This document shows positions 49,160-58,659 of a stretch of DNA of 64,000 bases, one piece after another. This stretch comes from Alphaproteobacteria bacterium (lineage in GTDB: Bacteria > Pseudomonadota > Alphaproteobacteria > GCA-2731375). The notes beneath the pieces are model-generated. The model was not told the origin of the DNA, ran no database searches, and saw only the letters and a list, made by a program, of their open reading frames with translations. The stretch spans positions 2,272,001-2,336,000 of the forward strand of contig CBDDPY010000002.1 in assembly GCA_965232515.1 (NCBI GenBank). Direction: 5' to 3'. Made by a program: the position numbers and the translations under genes. Position 1 is the first letter of the stretch. Each line of letters starts with the position of its first letter.

Positions 49160-49813
49160 CTACAAATCGATCAGTTCTTCGCTCAGGACCGTAGCACGCT
49201 GGGTCTTCGGTTTGTCGGCGTCGCGCGCGTCCAGATACTTGATCGTGCGTTTGCCGCGCCATTCGCGCGGCAGCACCATGGCGCGGACGAAATGGCTGTC
49301 GCCCTTGTCCCAGGTCGTCGCCAGCACCGGCGCCGGCCCGATCTCGAACCAAGCCTCGCCGGGGCCGTATTCCGTCTGCTTGCCCTTGGTGTCGATGGTA
49401 ATGCGGCCCTGCATCTGACAACGGATGCCGGGGCCGGGATGGGTATGCTTGAAGGCGACGCCGCCCGGCGGGAAGTCGACCCGGTCGCAGCGCAGCATAT
49501 AGTCCTGCGACGCGTCGAGCTTGACATCGACCGAGAGCTTGAGCGCGGACTCGACGCCCTCGGCCTCGACCGTGCCGTCGTCCGACACCGGGGCCTTCAG
49601 CAACTCCCAACGCAGATATTCGGCGCCGGCAGATCCAGCGGTGATGCGGCAGGTCGCCGGGCGATAGAGCGCCTCGTCGGGCGCCACGGCGCTGTCGTCA
49701 ACCATCAGTTCGCCGTTGACGGCGTAGAACAACCGGTCGCAGGCACGCAGGTTGAGTGTGGCCGCATCGGCCGCCAGGCGGTCGTGCAGCAGGCGCAAGA
49801 CATAGGCAGCCAA
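49160..49813 (-). CDS. Cupin-domain protein
   Basis: RCDRVDFPPGGVAFKHTHPGPGIRC...GEAWFE. Confidence 0.7.
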   Translation of the reverse strand: MAAYVLRLLHDRLAADAATLNLRACDRLFYAVNGELMVDDSAVAPDEALYRPATCRITAGSAGAEYLRWELLKAPVSDDGTVEAEGVESALKLSVDVKLDASQDYMLRCDRVDFPPGGVAFKHTHPGPGIRCQMQGRITIDTKGKQTEYGPGEAWFEIGPAPVLATTWDKGDSHFVRAMVLPREWRGKRTIKYLDARDADKPKTQRATVLSEELIDL

Positions 49814-49848
49814 ATGTCACCTCTTGAGATTTGCAGGCGGAAAAGCGG

Positions 49849-50493
49849 TCAGCGCTCGATGACGCTGCCGCGCTCAATCACATACGTCCGGTCGAGCAGA
49901 CCTTGCAAGTGGGTATCGTTCGATTCCGCCACCAGGACGGATTGGCCGGCGGCTTTCAGATCGCTCAGGATCTGCCCCATGCGCTGGGCGAGCACGGGCG
50001 CGATGCCCTCGGTCGGCTCGTCCAGCAGCAGGAGATTGTCGCCGGCGATCAGCGCGCGGGCGAGCGCCACCATCTTCTGCTGGCCGCCCGACAGCGAGCT
50101 CGAGGGCCGCTGGCGGAACTCGGCCGCTTCCGGCATCAGGCCGTAAATCCAATCCAGCCGCTGGTGATAGTCGGCGCGGCCGGCCGACCAGACCGGCAGC
50201 AGAATGTTTTCCTCGGCCGTCAGCTCGGGCACCAGCCGACGGTCTTCCGGCATATAGCCGATGCCGAGCCCGACGCGGCCGTGGCTCTTGACCTTGACCA
50301 GGTCGGCCTGGTCGAAGCGGATCTGGCCGGCCGACGCCGCCAACAGGCCCATAATCGAGCGCATGAGCGTCGTCTTGCCGGCGCCGTTGCGGCCGATCAG
50401 GCCGCACATGGCCCCGGACGGGACCTGCAGCGAGACGCCGCGCAGGATCGGAATGGGGCCGATATCGACGTCGAGGCCGGCGACCTCAAGCAT
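49849..50493 (-). CDS. HAAT (Liv-type) ABC transporter ATP-binding protein, LivF-like
   Basis: GRNGAGKT, LSGGQQ and LLLDEP. Confidence 0.9.
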   Translation of the reverse strand: MLEVAGLDVDIGPIPILRGVSLQVPSGAMCGLIGRNGAGKTTLMRSIMGLLAASAGQIRFDQADLVKVKSHGRVGLGIGYMPEDRRLVPELTAEENILLPVWSAGRADYHQRLDWIYGLMPEAAEFRQRPSSSLSGGQQKMVALARALIAGDNLLLLDEPTEGIAPVLAQRMGQILSDLKAAGQSVLVAESNDTHLQGLLDRTYVIERGSVIER

Positions 50494-51274
50494 GGCCGCC
50501 CTCCGCCGGCGCATGCGTCTCGCGGTGATGCTCGGTGCCGATCACGTATTCCTGGACCTTGGGGTCGACGAGGGCTTCAGCCGGCGGCGCGTCGCAGATG
50601 ATCTCGCCCTGATAGAAGGCCAGCACCCGGCCGACATAGCGCTCGACGATCTCCATGTCGTGCTCGATGAACAGCACGGTGACGTCGTCCGCCTTCAGCG
50701 CCTCCATCACCAGGTCCATCAGCGGGAACTTCTCTTCGACGCTGATGCCACTGGTGGGTTCGTCCAGCAGCAGCAGCTTCGGCTTGGCGACGACCGCCAT
50801 GGCGATATCGAGCAGCTTGCGCACGCCCTGCGGCAGCTGGCTCGCCGGCTGGTCGCGGTACTCGCCGATGCCGTAGCGATCGAGGATCTGTTCGCAGCGG
50901 CGCAACAGTTCGGCCCGCCGCAACGGTCGCAACATGCCCAACCCATGGGACTCGGCAATGCCGAGCGCGGTCAGCAGATTGTCGAACACGCTCATGGTCA
51001 TGAAGACCTGGCTGACCTGGAACGAGCGGCAGATGCCGGCGCGCGTCACGTGCCGCGGCGCCAGTCCGGTGATGTCGCGATCGAGAAAACGGATGCGGCC
51101 GTCGGACGGTTTCAGGTAGCCGGTGACCATGTTGACGAACGTGGTCTTGCCGGCGCCGTTGGCGCCGATGATGCCGACGATCTCGCCGGCCGCGACGTCG
51201 ACGTTGATGTCCTTCGCGGCCGTCACCGCGCCGAAGGTTTTCTGCAGGTTCTCGACCTGGAGGATCGCGCTCAC
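50486..51274 (-). CDS. HAAT ABC transporter ATP-binding protein, LivG-like
   Basis: GANGAGKTT, LLLDEP and IEHDM; GTG start at 51274. Confidence 0.9.
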   Translation of the reverse strand: MSAILQVENLQKTFGAVTAAKDINVDVAAGEIVGIIGANGAGKTTFVNMVTGYLKPSDGRIRFLDRDITGLAPRHVTRAGICRSFQVSQVFMTMSVFDNLLTALGIAESHGLGMLRPLRRAELLRRCEQILDRYGIGEYRDQPASQLPQGVRKLLDIAMAVVAKPKLLLLDEPTSGISVEEKFPLMDLVMEALKADDVTVLFIEHDMEIVERYVGRVLAFYQGEIICDAPPAEALVDPKVQEYVIGTEHHRETHAPAEGGHA

Positions 51275-52224
51275 GGCTCCGTCCTCGCGCCGCGGAACCG
51301 GGACAGCAGCGACCAGACGCCGCCCGGCAGGAAGAAGATGATCAGCAGCAGCGTGCCGCCGACGATCATCTGCCAGGCATAGGGCACCAGCTCGAAGGCG
51401 TAGGTGCGCAGCAGCTCGAAGATCACCGAGCCGATAAAGGGCGCGGCGACGCTGCCGGGACCGCTGAGAATGGTGACGAACACCAGCTCGCCCGAGGCCG
51501 TCCAGTTGACCATGGAGTCGGGATCGACCTGGCCCAAGGCCATGGCCATGAAGGCGCCGGCGGCGCCCGTCAGCGCCGTCGACATGACGTATTTCACGTG
51601 GATCGCCTGCTCGACCGAATAGCCGAGATACTCGACCCGGATGTCGTTGTCGCGGATCGCCGTGGTCAGGCGCCCCAGCGTCGAGCCAAGATAGAGCTGC
51701 ACGGCGACCGCGGCGAGATAGCCGACGATACACAGCGCCACGAACAACGCCAGCTTGCCGGGCGTGCCTTCCAGCGCGATGCCAAGGAAAGTCGGTTGCG
51801 CGACCGCGAAACCGTCGGTGCTGCCCAACGGCTCGGACTTCACCAGGATGCCGTAGAGGATCATGGAGAAGGCCAGGTTCAGCATGGCGAAGAAGATGTC
51901 GCGGTAGCGCCGGATGATGAAGCCGAGCAGGAAACCGACCAGGCCCGCGACGAACACACCGGCGATCAGCAGCAGAAAGAAGTCGGTGACGCCCCAATTC
52001 TTCTGCAACAGCGCCACGGCATACGCGCCGAGGCCGAAATAGAGCGCGTGGCCGAACGAGACCAGGCCGGTGCGCCAGAGCACCATCAGGCCGAGCACGG
52101 CGAGCGCCCGCGAAAAGCCGAACAGGAGCTGGTTCAGCATCCATTCGGGAATGAAGAACGCGGCCGCGATCAAAACGACAAGCGCGACGGTCAAACCCTG
52201 GACGGTGCGGTCGCTCAGCAGCAT
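51271..52224 (-). CDS. HAAT ABC transporter permease, LivM-like
   Basis: GLVSFGHALYFG, FFAMLNLAF and AIRDN. Confidence 0.9.
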   Translation of the reverse strand: MLLSDRTVQGLTVALVVLIAAAFFIPEWMLNQLLFGFSRALAVLGLMVLWRTGLVSFGHALYFGLGAYAVALLQKNWGVTDFFLLLIAGVFVAGLVGFLLGFIIRRYRDIFFAMLNLAFSMILYGILVKSEPLGSTDGFAVAQPTFLGIALEGTPGKLALFVALCIVGYLAAVAVQLYLGSTLGRLTTAIRDNDIRVEYLGYSVEQAIHVKYVMSTALTGAAGAFMAMALGQVDPDSMVNWTASGELVFVTILSGPGSVAAPFIGSVIFELLRTYAFELVPYAWQMIVGGTLLLIIFFLPGGVWSLLSRFRGARTEP

Positions 52225-53120
52225 CAGATCTTCCTCGCCTTGGCCGGCGCGAACAGACCCTCGGGCCGGAAGACCAGCACCAGCGCCATCACGGCGTAGA
52301 TCACGAACAGCTCGACCTCGGGAAACTGATGCACCGCGAAGGCCCGTGCGACGCCAACGGCCACGGCGCCGATCAGCGCGCCCGGAATGCTGCCCATGCC
52401 GCCGATCACCACGACCGCGAAGGACAGCACGATGACGTCGATGCCGAAGCCCGGCGCGACGGAAACCGTGGGCGCGATGTAAGCGCCGCCCAGTGCGCCG
52501 AGGATGGCGCCGATCACGAAGGTGACGATGTAGACACGCGTGACGTCGATGCCCATGGCCTCGCTGATCTCGCGGTCGTAGATCACGGCGGTCAGCAGCT
52601 TGCCCCACTTGGTCCGGGTCAGGCCGGCCCAGCAGACCGCGGCGACGACGACCGCGAGGCCGATCAGGCTGAGACTGTAATTGTCGCGGAAGATGCCGGC
52701 GATCTCGACGCTGCCCAGCAGGCTCATCGGCTGATAGGCGAAGTAGGGATCGACGCCAAACAACAACAGGATCACGTCCTCCAGCACCAGGAAGGTGCCG
52801 AAGGTCGCCAACACGATCAGCACCTCGTCGCGGTGATACATGTGCTGCAGGATCACCCGCTCGAGGATCACGCCAAGCACCACGCCCACGCTAACTGCCG
52901 CGGCGAAGATGGCCAGGAAGCCGATCCAGTCGGGCCAGCCGGCCTCGGCCAGCGTGCTGATCAGGAACGCCGCGACATAGGCGCCCCAGGCATAGAAGCT
53001 GCCGTGCGTGACGTTCAGGATCTTCATCACGCCGAAAATGATCGTCAGGCCGACCGAGACGATGAACAGGTATGACGAAAACACCAGCCCGTCGAGCAGG
53101 ATGGTGAGGGCGAGATCCAT
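52224..53120 (-). CDS. HAAT ABC transporter permease, LivH-like
   Basis: GLTIIFGVMKILNVTHG and FAVVVIGGMGSI.GA. Confidence 0.9.
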   Translation of the reverse strand: MDLALTILLDGLVFSSYLFIVSVGLTIIFGVMKILNVTHGSFYAWGAYVAAFLISTLAEAGWPDWIGFLAIFAAAVSVGVVLGVILERVILQHMYHRDEVLIVLATFGTFLVLEDVILLLFGVDPYFAYQPMSLLGSVEIAGIFRDNYSLSLIGLAVVVAAVCWAGLTRTKWGKLLTAVIYDREISEAMGIDVTRVYIVTFVIGAILGALGGAYIAPTVSVAPGFGIDVIVLSFAVVVIGGMGSIPGALIGAVAVGVARAFAVHQFPEVELFVIYAVMALVLVFRPEGLFAPAKARKI

Positions 53121-53164
53121 GGAACCGCGTTATCCGGAGACGAAACGATATTGCGTGGCATGCA

Positions 53165-53194
53165 CGGCAGAGGCGGCACCAACCGCCCCTGCCG
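53165..53194. other. Intercistronic stem-loop after the binding-protein gene
   Basis: CGGCAGAGGCGG-CACCAA-CCGCCCCTGCCG; typical position for an mRNA-stabilising hairpin. Confidence 0.5.
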
Positions 53195-53206
53195 ATCGCA
53201 CGCCGT

Positions 53207-54505
53207 CTAGCACTTGGCGCCTTGCATGCCGCCTTCGATCCAGCTCACGCTGTCTACGCCGTCCGGCGGCATGACGCATTCCGCCGGATAGAACTTGACG
53301 TCCGTCACGCCTGGCACGCCGTTCTCGGAATCGTACTTGGTGATGCCATAGCCGTTCTCGGTGATCGCCTGGTGGCCGTTGGCGAGCGCCATCTTCACCG
53401 TGGTGCTGAAGGATTCGAACTCCAAGCCCTTGAACGCGGCGACGACCTCGTCCTTGCTCGGGAAGCCGCCCTTCGCCGCGCCGGCCTTGTCGTAGGCGAT
53501 CTTGGTGGCGAGCACGGCCTGCGCATACTGATAGGCCGGTCCGCTGGGGAAGGTGCCGTAGCGGTCCTTGTAGGCGTTGATGAACCACTGGTTCAGCTCG
53601 GTGTCCCGCTCGCGCACCAGCACGCCGTAGGGGCCGCGCGCGCCGAGAATCAGACCGTCCGGCATGCGCTTGCCCAGACGATAGGACGCCGTGCCGCCGA
53701 CCGTGTAGACCACCTTCTTCTTGGCGAACAAGCCGCGCGTCGCGCCCTGGAAGATCATCGCCTCCAGGTCGCCGCCCCAGAGGCTCGAATGCACCATCTC
53801 GGCGCGGTCGAGCGACAGGGCCGAAATCTCCGAGCCGTACTGGCCCTGGAACAGCTTCGGCCACTGCACCTTGTCCGAGGCGCTGGCTCCCGGCATCAGA
53901 ACCTTCACGGCGAGATCGAAGTCACGCCACGAATCCTGGCCCCAGGCATAGTTCTGATTGATGCCCGTGTAGCTCTTGGTTTCGGGGAACATCTCGTTGA
54001 CGTAGTGCGCGGCCGCGACGTTGTCGGCGGTGGCGTGCGCCATGGTGCGGAAGATGTAGTTGCGGGGCGCTTCCTCGAAGATGCGCGGCGTGCCGCAGGT
54101 CGCGAACACGGTCAGCGCCTTCAGCTCCTCGGCGACCGGCGCCAGCGCGGCGCAGGTGCCGCTGGAGACATAGCCCAGCGCCACGTCGACGCCGCGCTTC
54201 TGCACCAGGTTGCGGTATTCGGCGACCTGCTTGGTGTTGCCGCCGGATTCGTCGACGTAAACCGCTTCGACCGTCGCGCCCGCCATGCCCTTGGTGTTGT
54301 AGGGCGCCGGCAGGTTGCCGGCATTGATGGCGGCGATCACCAGTTCGGCGCCGTTGCGCGCCGGCACGCCGAACGGACCGGCGCCCGCGCCCGACAGGAA
54401 CGAGGTCACGCTCATCGAGATCGTGTCCTGCGCCTGCGCCGCACCGGTCAACAGGGCAAGCGCGCCAACGGCAGCAACGCCGGTCTTGAGAATTTTCTTA
54501 TTCAT
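53207..54505 (-). CDS. HAAT ABC transporter periplasmic substrate-binding protein
   Basis: Signal peptide MNKKILKTGVAAVGALALLTGAAQA; LSG..A.FG, SSG and NYAWG. Confidence 0.88.
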   Translation of the reverse strand: MNKKILKTGVAAVGALALLTGAAQAQDTISMSVTSFLSGAGAGPFGVPARNGAELVIAAINAGNLPAPYNTKGMAGATVEAVYVDESGGNTKQVAEYRNLVQKRGVDVALGYVSSGTCAALAPVAEELKALTVFATCGTPRIFEEAPRNYIFRTMAHATADNVAAAHYVNEMFPETKSYTGINQNYAWGQDSWRDFDLAVKVLMPGASASDKVQWPKLFQGQYGSEISALSLDRAEMVHSSLWGGDLEAMIFQGATRGLFAKKKVVYTVGGTASYRLGKRMPDGLILGARGPYGVLVRERDTELNQWFINAYKDRYGTFPSGPAYQYAQAVLATKIAYDKAGAAKGGFPSKDEVVAAFKGLEFESFSTTVKMALANGHQAITENGYGITKYDSENGVPGVTDVKFYPAECVMPPDGVDSVSWIEGGMQGAKC

Positions 54506-54600
54506 CCGTGCCTCCCATAAGGAGGGGCATTGTGCGGTGACTGGCATCCGCCTGTGCACAACCGAGGTGTCCCATGGCCCAACCACTGTCGGACCCTGTT

Positions 54601-56418
54601 TCAGGCACCACTCCCCTCTGTCCGCGCCGGATCGACCCCGGTTCCGGCAGTCGGGCTATTTTCCCGTTTCACGCCCAGAAGTCCAGTCGTTGCGCGGGCG
54701 GTATGATTAAACCGCGACCGCAGGGCCAACGTGGCCGCGTCATCGATTGTCAACGTCGCGCGATCGATCACGACGCCATGCTCGCGTTCGGCGAACGCGA
54801 TCGAGATCTTTTCGTTCCGGACGTCATCGAGAACCCGCGCCGGATCGCGCGCAAGCGGATCGCCGAACCCGCCACCGCCGGGTTGCTCATGCCGGACCAC
54901 ATCGCCCGCCCGTATGGTCCGAGTGATCTTGCTCGGCAGAACCTCCGGACTTTGGTCGGGGTTCAGCACATTGCGGGTGCCGCGCGCCGGGCCGCCGCCG
55001 TTCAGGCCATAGGGCCGATGCGTCTGCCGGTCGGCGCGCAGCTGCAGGCCGGCTTCGGCCGCCAGCAGTCGATATTCGCGCACGATCCCAAGGCCGCCGC
55101 GATACTCACCCGGACCGCAGCTGTCCGGGATCAGGCCATATTCCTCGATCCGGACGGGGTGCTGCGCCTCTAGCACCTCGACCGGCGTGTTCGACAGGTT
55201 CTGCGATGGGTTGGTCACGGCCTCGATGCCGTCCTTGTCGGGCCGGCCGCCCCAGGCGCCACAGATCATGTCGACAATGATGAACGGCCGGTTGTCGTCG
55301 CGGTAGCCGCCGAAGCAGACCACCGTGTTGCCGCCCTCGCCCGCCGCCGGCACGCGATCCGGCACGACCTGCGCCAGCGCGCCGAACATGGCGTCGACGA
55401 CGCGGTAGCCGGTCAACGCGCGGGCCGCGCAGGGCGCGGGCATTTGCGGATTGAGGATCGACCCTTCCGGCGCGGCGACGTCGATGCAGCGGAACACGCC
55501 GGCATTGTTCGGCACGTCCTTTTGCAGGACGCAACGGACACTGAGATAGGTGCAGGACTGCGTGTAGGAGAGCGTCGAGTTGAGCGCCGCCGGGATCTGC
55601 GGCGCGCTGCCGCTGTAATCCACGGTCAGATGGTCGCCCGCCACGGTAATCGACGCGGCGATTGGCAGTGGCGTGTCGTTGAAGCCGTCATCGTCGATGT
55701 AGTCGGTGAAACGGTAGGTGCCGTCCGGCCAGGCCGCGATCTCCTCGCGCGTCAGCCGTTCGGCATAATCCAGCAGCGCATCGAAATAGGCGCGCGCCGT
55801 GTCGACGCCATAGCGATCGAGCAGTTTGAGGTACTCACGCTCGCCGACGCGGCAGGCCGCGAACTGGGCATCGATGTCGCCCAGCACGATATCCGGCACC
55901 CGCACGTTGACGGCGATCAGGCGGAACAGCGTCTCGTTGCGGCCCCCCTTGTCGTAGAGCTTGGCGACGGGAATGCGCAGGCCTTCCTGATAGATTTCGG
56001 TCGAATCGCTGGCGTTCGAGCCCGGCACGCGCCCGCCCATGTCGCTGTGATGGCAGATGGCGACGGCGAAGCCCTGCAGAACGTCGTCCAGGAACAGCGG
56101 CTTGAACATGAACAGATCCGGCAGATGCATGCCGCCCTGATAGGGATCGTTCAAGACGATGACGTCGCCGGGGTGGAGATCATCGCCGAACCGCCGCAGC
56201 ACCTCGTCCATGGCAACCGGCACGGCGCCCAGGTGCAGCGCGATGGTCTTGGCCTGCGCCAGCATCAGCCCGCGCGCATCACAGAGGCAGGTGGAGAAGT
56301 CCATCACGTCCTTGACGATCTCGGACCGCGCCGTGCTGATCACGCTGAACGCCATCTCGTCGACGATGGCGTTCAGCGCGCTTTTGATCACGGCGAAGGT
56401 GATGGGATCGGTCTGCAT
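54601..56418 (-). CDS. Hydantoinase B/oxoprolinase family protein (N-methylhydantoinase B-like)
   Basis: DPITFAVI, TARS, NDPYQGGMHLPD, HHSDMGG.VPGS, QEGLRIP and GGGGFGDP. Confidence 0.92.
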   Translation of the reverse strand: MQTDPITFAVIKSALNAIVDEMAFSVISTARSEIVKDVMDFSTCLCDARGLMLAQAKTIALHLGAVPVAMDEVLRRFGDDLHPGDVIVLNDPYQGGMHLPDLFMFKPLFLDDVLQGFAVAICHHSDMGGRVPGSNASDSTEIYQEGLRIPVAKLYDKGGRNETLFRLIAVNVRVPDIVLGDIDAQFAACRVGEREYLKLLDRYGVDTARAYFDALLDYAERLTREEIAAWPDGTYRFTDYIDDDGFNDTPLPIAASITVAGDHLTVDYSGSAPQIPAALNSTLSYTQSCTYLSVRCVLQKDVPNNAGVFRCIDVAAPEGSILNPQMPAPCAARALTGYRVVDAMFGALAQVVPDRVPAAGEGGNTVVCFGGYRDDNRPFIIVDMICGAWGGRPDKDGIEAVTNPSQNLSNTPVEVLEAQHPVRIEEYGLIPDSCGPGEYRGGLGIVREYRLLAAEAGLQLRADRQTHRPYGLNGGGPARGTRNVLNPDQSPEVLPSKITRTIRAGDVVRHEQPGGGGFGDPLARDPARVLDDVRNEKISIAFAEREHGVVIDRATLTIDDAATLALRSRFNHTARATTGLLGVKRENSPTAGTGVDPARTEGSGA

Positions 56419-56428
56419 GCCGCGTCCT

Positions 56429-58525
56429 TCAGGTCAGCTCGATCACGATGTTGCCGATATCGTCGCGCCGGGCGCGGGCGTCGGGCGGGACAGGTATCGT
56501 GGACTCGTAGGTCTCGATGATGGCGGGTCCCGACATCGGGTTTGCCGTAATCTCGGTACGGTCGATGACGGGCGTCTCGACCGTGGCCGTGTCGCGCGCA
56601 AAGGACACGGGCCGCGATGCGCCGACACCCGGCGCCGGCGGCGCGGTCACCCGCAGATCGCCGAACTCGAGACGCGTCGGCCGGCACCCGATGGCGACAG
56701 CCCGCAGGTTGACCAGTTCGGGCGTCTCCGCGCTGGCATAGCCATAGGCGCGACGGTAGGCGGCGACGAAATCCGACGTCAGTTGCTCGATCACGATCGG
56801 GGTGACCCGCGATGCCGACAGCGGGACCGTGATCTCCGACGACTGCTTGACGTAGCGTAGGTCCGCCAGCAGACGGATTTCGGACGCATCTTCGTCGTAG
56901 CCCTCCTCGGCCAGCACCGCCATTGCCTGCCGCGAGATGTTCGCCAGCGCATGGTTCATCGCATCGATATCGAGGCCGTCGAGCGCCGCGGCATGGGCCT
57001 GGACGAAATGGTGCTCGACATCGCTCGCCAGCATGCCGACGGCCGTAAACACGCCCGGCAGCTCCGGCACCAGAACGCGGCGGATCTCCAGCGCCCGGGC
57101 GATATCGATAGCGTGCAGCGCGCCGGCGCCGCCGAAGCACATCAAGGCGAAGTCGCGGGGGTCGCGCCCGCGCTCGACCGTCACCGAACGGACGGCGCGG
57201 GCCATATTGGCGTTGGCGACGGCGCGGATGCCATGCGCCGCCGCCGCCAGGTCCAGTCCCAACGGTTCGGCGATGTGCCGCACAATCGCCCGCTCCGCCA
57301 GTGCGCGATCGATCCGCATGCTGCCGCCGGCCAGCGCTTCGGGGTTGAGGAAACCGAGTATGACATTGGCGTCGGCCACGGTCGGCCGGTCACCGCCGAG
57401 GCCATAGCAGGCGGGGCCGGGGTCGGCGCCAGCCGATTCCGGGCCGACCTGCAATAGGCCGCCGCTGTCGATGCTCGCGATCGAGCCGGCGCCGGCGCCG
57501 ACCTCGGCGATGTCGATCGCCGGCACCTTCAGCATGTAGCCGCCGGCCTTGATGAAGCGGCTGGGCGTCGAGATGCCCTCGCGGAACTCGTACTCGGTGG
57601 TCAATGACGCCCGGCCGGCCTCGACCAGCGAGGCCTTGGCCGTGGTGCCGCCCATGTCGAAGGCGATCAGGTCGGGACAACCGCTCCGGCTGCCGAGCCG
57701 GCCGGCGCCCGAGACCCCGGCGGCGGGACCGGATCCGACGGCGAAGACCGGCTTCTCCGCCGCGGCCGCGGCGCTGACGACACCGCCGTTCGACGCCACC
57801 ACCAGCAGCGGCGCCGAGATGCCGATCGCGCGCAGACCGTCTTGCAGCCTGTCGAGATAGGCCTGCATGACGGTCAGGATGTAGGCGTTCACCACCGTCG
57901 TGCTGGTCCGCTCGTACTCCTTCATCTCCGGCAGCACGCGGTAGGAGGCGCTGATCTTCAGGTGCGGATGCCGCGCCGCGATCAGGCGTTCGACGGCCTG
58001 CTCGTGCGCCGGGTTCGCATAGCTGTTGATCAGGCAGATCGCGACGCTGGAAACGCCATCGGCGGCCAAGCGGTCGGCGGCGACCTCGACGCTGGCGGTG
58101 TCCAGGTCGCGCACAATGGTGCCGTCGGCGGCGACACGCTCGTCGACCTCCAAACGGTAGCGGCGCTCAACCAGCGGCACCGGCTTGTCCCAGGTCAGGT
58201 CGAACATCTCCGGCGTGCGGATGCGCCCGATCTCCAGGACATCCCGGAATCCACGGGTCGTCAGCAGGCCGGTGCGGGCGCCTGTCTTCTGCAGGATCGT
58301 GTTCGACGCGACGGTGGTGCCGTGAACGATCTCAATTACCTGCCCGGGATCGACGCCGATGTCGGCCAGCAAGCCCCGCAGCCCGCGCACGACGGCCTCG
58401 CCCGGATCGCGCGGCGTGGACGACACCTTGGCGACATGCAGCGTGCCGTCGGCGCGGGCAAGCACGATATCGGTGAAGGTGCCGCCAATATCGACCCCGA
58501 TCCGTACGCCCGCACTGTCCGTCAT
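56429..58525 (-). CDS. Hydantoinase A/oxoprolinase family protein (ATP-binding subunit)
   Basis: GVDIGGTFTD, HGTTVA, EYER, SGPAAG, DMGGTT, SAGADPGPACY and FGGAG. Confidence 0.92.
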   Translation of the reverse strand: MTDSAGVRIGVDIGGTFTDIVLARADGTLHVAKVSSTPRDPGEAVVRGLRGLLADIGVDPGQVIEIVHGTTVASNTILQKTGARTGLLTTRGFRDVLEIGRIRTPEMFDLTWDKPVPLVERRYRLEVDERVAADGTIVRDLDTASVEVAADRLAADGVSSVAICLINSYANPAHEQAVERLIAARHPHLKISASYRVLPEMKEYERTSTTVVNAYILTVMQAYLDRLQDGLRAIGISAPLLVVASNGGVVSAAAAAEKPVFAVGSGPAAGVSGAGRLGSRSGCPDLIAFDMGGTTAKASLVEAGRASLTTEYEFREGISTPSRFIKAGGYMLKVPAIDIAEVGAGAGSIASIDSGGLLQVGPESAGADPGPACYGLGGDRPTVADANVILGFLNPEALAGGSMRIDRALAERAIVRHIAEPLGLDLAAAAHGIRAVANANMARAVRSVTVERGRDPRDFALMCFGGAGALHAIDIARALEIRRVLVPELPGVFTAVGMLASDVEHHFVQAHAAALDGLDIDAMNHALANISRQAMAVLAEEGYDEDASEIRLLADLRYVKQSSEITVPLSASRVTPIVIEQLTSDFVAAYRRAYGYASAETPELVNLRAVAIGCRPTRLEFGDLRVTAPPAPGVGASRPVSFARDTATVETPVIDRTEITANPMSGPAIIETYESTIPVPPDARARRDDIGNIVIELT

Positions 58526-58659
58526 TCCGGCCGCCCCTGGGTTGCGTGGGCCACAGTCTATCGGCGGTGGGGCGCATGGCAAACGTCGCGCGGACTTGAA
58601 CAAGCCGGCTTCATCTGCTCCGATCGCCGCTCCGGCCCGACCCCTCAGGAGATGCGCCC

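Noticed and set aside
54541-54557. TGGCA...TGC sigma-54-like sequence near the ABC binding-protein gene
   Set aside because: Spacing is GG-N11-GC and it is on the wrong strand for that operon.
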